From NCBI GenBank assembly GCA_015680685.1, contig MNCI01001921.1, forward strand, positions 335,549-399,548: a stretch of DNA of 64,000 nt, written 5' to 3'. The translations under genes were made by a program, and so were the position numbers. This DNA comes from Gnetum montanum (Eukaryota; Plantae; Gnetophyta). The notes under the pieces were generated by a model. That model saw only the letters and a program-made list of their open reading frames with translations, did not search any database and was not told where the DNA came from. Positions 53,498 through 64,000 of this stretch are shown here, one piece after another (the first letter of the stretch is position 1; each line of letters starts with the position of its first letter).

Positions 53498-54214
53498 TGA
53501 GGATCTAATCATTTCAAGGTCTTATTGCATAGATCCCATTTTGAAATCTTGAGGATCTAATCATTGGAAGCCTTCTTCTGGAATCCAAATCTAATTATTA
53601 TGTGCTACTTCTATGATCTTGCCACTTTTGGTTTCAACCATGTCCTTGTATATTATTTCCACCCTTTTATTTGTAGATATGTACTTGCGTATTTTTAAGG
53701 TAGTAAGTCATAAATCATACTTATAATAAGATAAACTAGTTTAATTATTAATGAGTGGTAGAGTAGATCCTATGCTCAACCATATAGATCACAAGTATTC
53801 ATGCATGATTTGTTTGAATTCCGTGGACTAAGACTAGCTTTGTTGTCTAGTTAGCTAAACTTTAGATTAGTGGTTGTAGTCTTTCCAATCATACTTGTGG
53901 AGTACTAATTTATATGGTTAAGTGTGATTGAGACATATGATCAAAGTATTATTATTAAAATACTAATATATTAAAATTATTAAACTAGTTAATTTAAATG
54001 CAAAAAATAAATTTAGTTTGGCCTAGGCATGAAGTTGTTGTTTCCAATTAGGCATACACATTTTGAACATGCATTAATATTGTTGAGTTATCTAGTGTCC
54101 ATTGTTGGGTGTACTAAGTGATACACTACTAGGATTACAAAAATTTATGCTTATATGTTCAAATTTGATTGTAATTGTGTGATTAATTAAGTGTGATAAA
54201 AGTAAACTAATTCT

Positions 54215-54540
54215 TTTCAGAAAAAGTTCGAGAGAATCTATTCTAGAAAAAGAATGAGCTACACAAGCACGTAGCGTGGACCAGCGACCGCAGCCCTGGC
54301 CCCACAGCATTCAAGGAAGAGAGGACGCCCCTAAGGGCCAAAGAAAATCACGCAGCCACCCCCCGCCCACTGCAGGCATCCCTTCAGGCGGGCAGGTGAC
54401 CACCACCTCCGACGAGCAGGCGCGAGAAACCCCCAGACCGACACAGAAACAAAAGCAGAGACAGAAACAGAAACAGAAAAGAAACAGAAATAGAAACCAA
54501 AACCTAAACGGCAAACACAAAACAGGCCAAGACAAGAGAA
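54215..54540 (-). mobile_element. Young GC/CpG-rich fragment resembling a non-LTR element 3' UTR
   Basis: Abrupt compositional island with a (CAGAAA)n-like tract. Its minus-strand end aatagattctctcgaactttttctgaaaag resembles the end of 2590-4229 (aatatactcttgaaattttcccaaaaaa). Confidence 0.45.
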
Positions 54541-54544
54541 GGGA

Positions 54545-56030
54545 ATTCCTCTATCCACAAGAGGGAGGTTTGTTTCTATGACAATGAGGAGGAGGCACCA
54601 CTTGATCAAGTGGTGCAATGAAAAAGCTTTTTGGTCCAAAAATCTATCTTTGAAATATTGACTAAGGTTGATAAAATGTGGGACTCCTTGGATGAAAAAT
54701 TTTAAACTACTTTAAGAATTGTAGAGGAGAAAAGAGATCAAGGAGGTAGTGGTTGTGATAGAATAAATGAATGCCAAATGTAACCATAAGAAGACTAAGG
54801 AAAAGACTGTCGTAGTAAAAAAGGTCATGGATTCTAAATTTGATGATGATGGGTATGACATCTATTAGTATGAAAATCCTAAGGGATGTTTTCCTATTAT
54901 GTCACACTTACAGAAATTTGGAATGTATGCATTGAATCCTAGATTGACTAGATGACAAGTACCTCGGAGGTTGCCTTATCCTCAAGAAAACTATTAGTTG
55001 TTACACTAGCAAGCCTACTATCCAAGTGAAGCACCATCTTAACCTAATGAGAATTACTAGTAGTGGAAACACCCACAATCATGGAGGATGCCACCTCCAA
55101 GGTAGCAGCACCCTTACTGCTAGCTAGTTCCTTATGGGTACTATGTTCAGCAACCTATCTCTCCATGTGACTCTTCTAGTCACACTTCCTTCCAAAACCA
55201 CTACTACCCTCTCTAATATTAAGAGCACCATCTCCAAGAGGGGAGTCACCATTTTCTTATTCCATCCTCAACTTCCTTGCCACATGCTTCATCTATGTAG
55301 GAAGAAATAATAACCTGACCACATCAAAAAAACATCACAAGGGCCTTAAACTTATAGCGGCTCTGTAGCTGAGTGGTTCTAACACTAAGCCTCAGAAAAG
55401 ACCATTCTTCAAAACCAGTAGCCCAAAAAACTCCATACAAATACCTATAGTTTCTAACCATGCTTCTCCTATATCTACTAAAATGTCTCTAGAGAACCTT
55501 TTAAATCAAAATGCTTCTAAATTGCACACTATAATTTTGAACCCATGTGGTCATTCATTGAATTAATGTCAAGCATCTTTCTAGGAAGAGATTTGATCCT
55601 AGGAGTTCCCTCATTTATTTGCAACTTGCTAAAAATAAACCATGCAAGGATCTTTTGGACTCAAGTTCTAGAGTTATCTTGATATCACAAGAGATGTAGA
55701 ATGCTTGAAACCTACCCCCACTCAAAATGAAAAACATTTAGTTTGAGTTGGCAAATTAGTCCATCACTATCCCCTTGGGATTGGTGGAGGACATTATGAT
55801 CACTATTTATGAGTGGTCCTATCTTGTTGACTTCCTAGTGATCTATGTGGATAACTACAAAGGGGACTTCCATATCCTTATATTCATGATGTATTCTAGG
55901 AGCCAAATGAGCCAAACAACATCACTTATTTCATACCTCATGGAGAGCTAAACCATATAGTCAAATTTCACTAGCTCCACGTGGGAAGATAATGATCACG
56001 AACTTAAACCATTTACTAGCATATTAACAT
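54545..56030 (+). pseudogene. Athila-like gag C-terminus and protease remnant (copy 1)
   Basis: Colinear by eye with ~62030-63460 (gggaggtttg, aatcctaagggatgtttt, atcactatccccttggga, cctatc...ttcctagtgatc). Confidence 0.75.
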
Positions 56031-56034
56031 TATT

Positions 56035-59000
56035 TTTTCCATGGATTATGATCTAGTCATGTGTGAATACCTGTGACTTATATGGTTGGGTGTTGGATTA
56101 GTCCACCGCTCATCATTGGTGTCACTGTTAAGGAAAAGTCAATGTATGCTGAGTAAATCATTTCATAAAGTTTGTTGTATTAGAACTCAATGTTAACATT
56201 CATAGCTCTAAAATAAGCATACTTAAACAAATGTCTCAAACCACAACATGAGTTTAATTAAGGATACATTATCACCTGCTAAGGAAATACAAATAATCAA
56301 TGAAAGGATTGAAGAAGAAGAAGACTAGAGTATGCCAATGTAGACAAGGATCTCATATGCTCATCACAATCCTTATTATCTTGATTGCACCTTCATCTTT
56401 CATCAAGATAGCTAATTAAGATGGAAAGATCTTCAAGGGAACATTGTTCTACCACCAAAATGTTTAGCATCCATCATGCTCCAAATTTCTCTCAAGGGAA
56501 TGAAACTAAGTGAAGCAGTTAGAGGGTATCATGTGACCAAACACATGACTAGACCCTATGAGTCCACTAAGGAGTAGTTACAAAGAGAAAATGCCATAGA
56601 GAACAAGCATGATTAGAACAAAGAATAGAAGGTTAACTCTCCTATTATCTTAGAAGAGCTTGATGGAGATGAAATCATACCTAAAAAAATCCACCAAAGC
56701 CATGCGTTGTAGTCACAAATGCCTATCATCCGATTAGAGGAACCTATTAAGCATCAGTCATGCTCTAACTTAGCAGAGACACTCCGAAGGGAGGGGAAAG
56801 ACTCAAGGCACAAGCAGGACTCAAGGCCAAGAGTTCATGCTATATGTTACAAAGAAGAACATTAGATTCATAGAAGGAGGACAAGTAGACACCATTTTCC
56901 TACTACCTCATCCGCATCCTCACAATTATCAAAGGAATTTGATAGAAGGTGGAAAAAGTACAAGCACCATGATAGTGAAGGGAGAAGGACTCATTACCAT
57001 TATAACCATCATTCAAGACATTATTATTCAGATGATGAAGAGTATAAATAAAGAAGATGTAAGGATTGAAGATATCATGAAAGGGATGAGCACAGAAGGA
57101 GGCATTATTACAATTGACCATAAAAACCTAATCAAGATGATGAATCCCTAATGGATACTCAAAGCATGATTAACATACCAGAAGCTATACACATTCTAAC
57201 TAGGAATGTGAGGGATAACCATATTAAATGACTTGATATGAATAACATGTAAATATTTGAAAGTGGTTATAATGCTAATCCACAACACCACCTCCAAGCT
57301 TTCCACGATGTCTACCTCCTATAAAACATTGAAAATGATTGGTAGAAGCTAAAGTTATTTCCAAGAACACTTGTGAAAGAGGCAAAGAGTTGGTATAGAC
57401 CCCTACCACCTGAATCAATTAGAAGATGAAGTACCATTCCAGAGATCTTTAACAATAAGCACCAAACCTATTTGTGGGTGTCCAACTTAAGAAAATAAAT
57501 CCAAGAATGGAAACAAGAGACTCATGAGATCCTTGATGCAGAAATGGGTAGGTACTATTCATTACTTCATGGATTCTCATAGAGGAAATAACTTAGGCAC
57601 ATTGTATATGGGTTATGAAGAAAAACCAGAGAGATCCTTGGGATTTATGCTTAAGGCCGATTATTTGAAATGACTACACATTGAATCTGGAGATTGATTG
57701 ACCAAGTGATGAAGAAAGAAGGTGAATTAAAAAAGAGAGAATTGGCTGAGAAGTTTAACCGAGATCCATCAATCAAAAAGAGAGATGCATGAGTTTGTGG
57801 TACCCAAGAAGAGGAAACCTTGGATCAGGTAATTCAAAAGAAAACTCTATCAATCCAAAAATCTATCACCAACATAGTAGCACAGGTAGCAAAGATGTGG
57901 AACTTAGTCAATGAGAGAAGTATAATAGCCTTAAATATTATGGAGGAGAGAATAGAGCAAGCCTTTGGGAATGAAAAACAAAAGATAAAGAAGAAAGATT
58001 TTGGACAAAAAGAAAAAGTGGTTAAGTGTTTAGACACTAGCTTCATCGACGAGGAAGGGTGTACCATGTATTAGTATGATCATCCTAAGGGATGTTGCCT
58101 AGTAATGGCACATTTACAGGAAATGGGGGCATACAAAATTAATCCTAAATTGTTAAGAAACAAATGCACAAAAGGTTACCTTATCCTCAAGGTAACTACA
58201 AATAGGACTTCCAACCAACATACTATCCTAGTGGAGCTTTGCCATAGCCATAAGAGTAGTGTTACTAGTAGTGGAAACAATCCCAATTATGGGTTATGCC
58301 ACCACCTTATTAATAGTATCTATATTGATAGCTTGATCCATATGGAAACTACGTCCAATGTCTAATCTCACTAGCAAATGTAGTTATTCAAACTTCATAG
58401 TATTATCTACCTGAGTACCACAGACTGACACCACCAAGGATAGATCCAAACTCAAATATCCATCCATAAGTAGCTAATCCATCAAATCCAACTCATCCTT
58501 TGCCACCAGTACCACCTGTTGTAATGTAGGAGGAATTACTATCATAATTGCAATAGATGAATGTTGCAAGGGCCATAAATATACAAATGGAGGATCTTAC
58601 CAGCAACACTAAGCGCCAAATGAAGAAACAACCTTTCTTTAGGACAAGTCCAAAGAGGGTTGGTAGAGGTAGGACTTCATTGAAACAAGCTTCTCTTACA
58701 ATAGATCCACTTACCAACAACAAGCTTTCACCATTGTCAAACACAAACATGAAAACTATCATGCTCCCATAAATAGTCACAAAATAGATAAAGGAATGGC
58801 CACTCCCTAAGAAAATAATTGATCTAGAAGTTTCTTTGATTTATCTATGAGTAGCTAGAAAATTGTCATGCAAAGCTCTATTAGACTCAAGTTTTAGGGT
58901 AAATCTGATCTCTTACAAAACATATCAAGCATGGAACCTACCACGTTTGAAGGAGTGCAACATCCCCTTGGAACAAATGGAAAATATAGTGACCACTACC

Positions 59001-59556
59001 AATGGGTGCTCTTATCCAATAGTCTTTCTTGTGATTGATGTGAAAAGTGATGACAAGGAATTTCCAATTATCATGGGGAGACCATGTCTTAGCACAATCG
59101 ATGCTAAGTTAAATATGAGACATTTATCTATTGAAATCTCTAAGGAATACATGCATGGATCCATACATACACAATGGATTTCATGCATTACTACTAATAA
59201 AGAAAGGTGTAGTGATGGATGGATCATTCAAAATATCAACATAGTTAGTACAATAGTCCACAACACAAGTGAAAAACAAGTGTGTGCATAAGAGAGAGGA
59301 AGGATTACTAAATCAAAAGATCCCTGGTGGCCAACAACTAAGAATGTTAAACTATTTAGAATATGCATGGAACAATCTAATTCACTCATTAATTTCTATT
59401 CTAAAAAGATGAATTGAACTAGGGACCCAGAAATGAAACTATTAAATCATGTTCATATATCAATAGGAAAAGAAAACAAGGACTTAGACAATTAAAACTC
59501 AAGTACCATCAAGATTACATGAGACAATAAAAAAAAACTTAAATGACTAAATATGA
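56035..59556 (+). mobile_element. LTR 3'-end remnant, tRNA-Asp PBS (56116-56134) and gag-protease internal region (copy 2)
   Basis: CTCATCA|TTGGTGTCACTGTTAAGG; gag motif KLFPRTLVKEAKSWYRPLPPESI; protease ORF 58863-59291 (ALLDSSFRVNLI...FPIIMGRPCLSTIDA). No RT before the next LTR. Confidence 0.85.
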
Positions 59557-60487
59557 TGATGAGTTGTGATTGGCCATGTCAACTGGGCCTCATCAACTAG
59601 GCCATGTCGACTGGGCCTCATCGACTAGGCCTCGTTGACGCATCATTTCATGCATTGACTAGGCCACATTGATGTAGGATCTATTCTCTCCTATAAATAC
59701 ATGCTCTCTATTTGCATTCATGGCATTAGTCAGTAATAGTGAAGCAAATTTCTTGTATTTTTTCTATTCAAAAGTTAGAATATTTTCCTAAGTGCCCACA
59801 GTAGGAGTTATTGAATGTACATATTTTTATTTGAGCATTTTTGTAGCTGAGCATGAAAGTGTGTACGATAATAAAGATGAGCTTCTTTATAAACCTTGTA
59901 GCATTTTAGATATTTTAGATATTTATTCATGCATTTAATGCTTTTAGTTTTTTATTTAATGTTTTTCAACAATTGGGCTAATTAAGTGAGATAAACTAGA
60001 TAGATTAAATACATAAGTATGATCTCTTCAAGCATAACAGGTATTCGCTTGGTAATCCCAGCAGCATTATTACTTGGTGCACCTCATAGTGTAGCACTTG
60101 GTAACCCAGTAGTGGATACATGGGTTTAGAATATGTATGGAAAGTGGGACCAAATGCTTATGTTAGGACTAGGTAGAAATTAGTTAGTTAGTTAAACTAA
60201 ATTAGTCATTAGATTACTTTATCTCTCTCTTCAAGCATTAAAGAACATAAAACATAAAATGATAAAAATCATATGTCTTGATTACACTTAACCATATGTT
60301 TTTACTTCACAAGTGTAATTGGAAAGACAATGAATGACCATTAGGATAAAGTTCACTTCCTAGAAGACTAGTGCACTAGAAACAAGAGAGTCCATGGAAT
60401 TTGACTGGATCATGCATGGGCACTTTGTGATTCGTATGGTTGAGCATAGGGGTACCTTGCCACTCATCTTTGGAATCGTTATTGAAA
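59557..60487 (+). repeat. Athila-like LTR (59557-60469) with 14-bp U3 repeats, plus decayed PBS
   Basis: TGATGAG...GCCACTCATC; colinear with solo LTR 25433-26263; CTATAAATA at ~59691; followed by TTGGAATCGTTATTG. Confidence 0.88.
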
Positions 60488-63400
60488 TGTGTGCTATCTA
60501 GGTTTAGTGGATATCATTAATATCATTGGATGAACCCTGAGGTCGATATCATTTCCAAATAATATAACTACAAAAGCACACTTATAATTTATTTGTTTGC
60601 AAAATGTCTTCTTCTCATAGGTGAAATGATACAAAACCATTAGTCCCACAAGAGTGCAAAGTCATATATACTTATCTAGATGAGTTTGTGCCTGATTTCA
60701 CTTTCATCCTACATCAGGATGAGCAATTGCAATGCCATGATAGGAAAGGCAACATTGTATTGCCTCTAGATTGATCTATGCCTGAGATGCTACTTTAAAA
60801 TCTGAAGTAGTTAGGCATCTCAAATCTTCAAGAGGAATATGTTGTGAATTTTTATGATACTTAGGACTACCATCCCACTAAAACATAATGTAGGTAAGAT
60901 CGACATCAGGAGAGGCATCATGAAGATGCTAAGGGGAAATGGCTCACAAATCCCTTGTTCCTACTGAACGAAGATGACAATGAGAATCCTACCTTTGAGG
61001 GCTCTCAAAATGAAGATTCTCTACCCTTTGTTACTAGTGATGAGGTTGTGACCTTGAATATGCAATCTACAACCCAAAATCCAAGTTCAGGTAAAGATGA
61101 TAGTCAAGGAAAGGGATCAAACAAGCGTCAAGGTGATATGAAAAATAATGAATGTGGCCATGGTAACCAATGGGGAAATTGGTAGGTTTCATGGTGGAGG
61201 AAGTCCTCCTCCCTCTTCATCCTCTTCATCTACAGTTGCTTCTTCTTCTTCTTCTAATTATGAAAGATGTCATAGAAGGAATAACTATGATGAAGGTGAG
61301 CATCAAGGTAATAATATTAATCACCATGCCCATAATAATCAAAGGGGTAACAAAGGACATCATCAATGACAACAAAATAATGATGATGATGATGAGCCTC
61401 TATTGCTAGCTTAAAGTATGCAAAACATTGTAGAACTAGTTAAGATCCTAACTAGGCATGTGAAAGATAGTTAGAGCAAGTGCTTAGACATGAACAATAT
61501 CCTAAGATTTGAGGGGGGGATACAACTATGATCCATATAACCATCTACAATCCTTTAAATATGCCTGCATCTTATAGAACATAGAAAATAATTGGTAGAA
61601 ACTCAAGCTATTTCCAAAGACACTCATCAAGGAAGTAGAAGGCTGGTACTAGTCCTTGGAGCTAGAATCTATTTGTAGATGGAGTACCATGTTGGAAGTA
61701 TTTAATGATAAATATCATATGTACTCCAGAGTGTCCAACTTAAGAAGGCAAATCCAAGGCTAGAAATAGGGAACACATGAGCCCTTGGATGCCACCATGA
61801 GCAGATATTATTCTCTCTTACATCAATGCTCTAGCTATGGTTATTCTCAGAGAGAACAACTCTACCATATCATAGATGGGCTCAAAGTAAAAACTAGAAG
61901 AACTCTTGGGGTTTATGGCCAAGGGAGAGTTTTTGAATTAAGAGATCATTAGATACAAAGGTTTATAGAACAAGTTACCAAAGAAGAAGGTGAGTTGTAG
62001 AAAAGAAAATGTGTAAAAGAATTTAATAAGGACCCTTTCATAAGGAAAAGGGAGGTTTGATTTTATGGTGAGGAGGAGTTGTGACTTGATGAAGTGGTGA
62101 ATTAGAAAACCTTTCCTATCCAAAAATATATTTCTAACATTTTGACAATGGTTAATAAGTTATGGGACTCTTTGGATGAGAAATTCCAAACCTCTGTGAA
62201 GATTGCTGAAGAATCCAAAAAGCACAATAGTGATCATAACCACAAGAGGTGGAAAGAAGCTAAAGGTGCCTACTAGAGAGGTAAAGGAAAAGTTGTTGTA
62301 GTAGAAGAAGTTGTGAAGATGAACTCTAATGATGATGTTGGTTGTGACATTTGTTAGTATGAACATCCTAAGGGATGTTTCCATATGGTGTCACACTTAC
62401 AAGAGTCTGGGGTATATGTGTTGAATCCTCAACTAGCACAAAGGAAAGAACCCAAATGATTACCTTATCCTCAAGGTACTTCAAGGCAGTTTCACCAGCA
62501 ATAATAAGCTTACTAACCAAGTGGAGCTACATCACAATCATATGAACAATATCAAGAGTGGAACCAACCACAATCATGGGGAATGCCACTGCTTGGGTAG
62601 CAGTACCCTTATAAGCAGCTGGATCTGTATGAGTACTATGTTTAGCAACTTGCCTCTCTAGGAAGTTTTGGAAGCCATGCCTCATTCCAACATCACTATT
62701 ACCCTCTAGAGTACCATCGAACTCATTCACCATATGCTCAAGGAAAACACCCATATCCATACCATCCTTCACATCCATCTACATGCATCCATTCACCCTC
62801 AACCTAGTTAACTTCTATTCTATCTATGTAGGGAAAAATTTCTCCATAGCTGCAACAATGAAATGATCAAAGGATCATACATTCACAATTCACTTTCTAG
62901 CTGAGTGGTTTGGATAATCAATCTAGGAAATGACTATTTTTCTGATTCAACAGTCCTCCCAAACCCTCATCCTCTATATGTCCAACACCCTCATCCTCTA
63001 CATCAAACACATTCAAGTACCCTTCAAACCAAACACTACCTCGAATCTATACTATGATGTTAACTTATGTTATTTCTGATTGGATAAGGGTTGGCAATCT
63101 TTCCATGAAAGGATATGACTCAAGAAGTCCTCAAATTTACATGTAGATCATTGAACATGAGCCATGGAAGGCTCTTCTTGATTTTGGTTCCTGTGTCAAT
63201 CTCATGTCCCATGACCTACACAAAGCCTAGAACCTACCACCTCTCAAAAAGGGTAACAGACATTAGGAATTAGTAGATTAGTCAATCACTATTCCCTTGG
63301 GACTAGTAGAGGACATTGTAACCACAGTTTGTGGGTGATCCTATCCTACTAATTTTCTAGTGATCAAGGTGAAAAATTGCAAAGGAAACTTCCCCATAAT

Positions 63401-64000
63401 TATCGGAAGGGTTTAGTTAAGCATAGTTGATATAAAAATGAGCATATGGGACCTCTTCTAGAAAATCTCCAAGGAGAATGAATTTAGAAGGTTAGATAAG
63501 AAGTGTGTTCTATGCATCATGTACAGTGATAATAGGTGCAATTGTGTGCAGAAAATTTGGTCCATTAAGGGTTTAAGTATTAAAGCATGCAATTAGTGCA
63601 CAAATGAAATAGATATCCAAAGGTGCCTATATGTAGTAGGCACAAAATAGGAGGGCACCTAGTGGCTAATAGCTAACTCAAATAGCATCACACTATGCAT
63701 GAAACTAACTAAGATCCTAACATGTGCCTATGTTGAAGGTATGGATGTACTTAAGTAAGTTCATCACCAACTCTTGAATGATGAAGATGATGATACCTAT
63801 TGGGAAGAGTTGGAAATCCTTGAAAATTTTAAATAAGATCCCCTAGAGTTAAAAATTCTACTAGTTGATATGGAGTTTGCATTTTAAAATAATGGCAAGC
63901 TAGTTATTATCAATGCAAATCTTGCTCTTGAATAAAAGATAAGCTGTTGAAGGTGGTTAATAAGTGGTTAACAACTTTTTCTTGGTCATATCTTGAGCTG
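60488..64000 (+). pseudogene. Athila-like gag-protease internal region (copy 3), running off the window
   Basis: KLKLFPKTLIKEVEGWY, GCDIC*YEHPKGCF, protease ALLDFGSCVNLMS and FPIIIGR. Many stops. Confidence 0.85.

Noticed and set aside
54092-54639. Overlapping 72-102 aa ORFs
   Set aside because: By-products of a GC-rich island and a (CAGAAA)n tract; no domain motifs.

Overview
AT-rich nuclear DNA from a large, repeat-dominated land-plant genome (gymnosperm- or fern-like; the taxon cannot be fixed from the sequence). CpG and CHG sites look strongly depleted and TAG/TGA stops are frequent. Most of the window is nested, decayed retroelements. One Athila-like Ty3/gypsy family dominates: it has a tRNA-Asp PBS, TGATG...CATCA LTRs and gag(+protease) internal regions with no recognisable RT. 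Also present are a chromovirus-type pol fragment, two Sirevirus-like Ty1/copia remnants, L1 and RTE LINE pieces, tRNA-derived SINEs and a Penelope-like GIY-YIG remnant. Host-gene material is sparse: a pseudogenised last exon of RNA polymerase I subunit 2 (34.8-35.2 kb) and an orphan two-exon remnant (38.5-38.7 kb). The best candidate for new biology is a two-exon gene that the ORF track misses (44631-45023), inside a CpG-retaining island. It encodes an 89-aa secreted precursor: signal peptide, RRKL processing site and a Gly-rich 2-Cys C-terminal peptide. A W-box-rich, internally repeated promoter lies upstream. All calls were made by eye; no searches were run.
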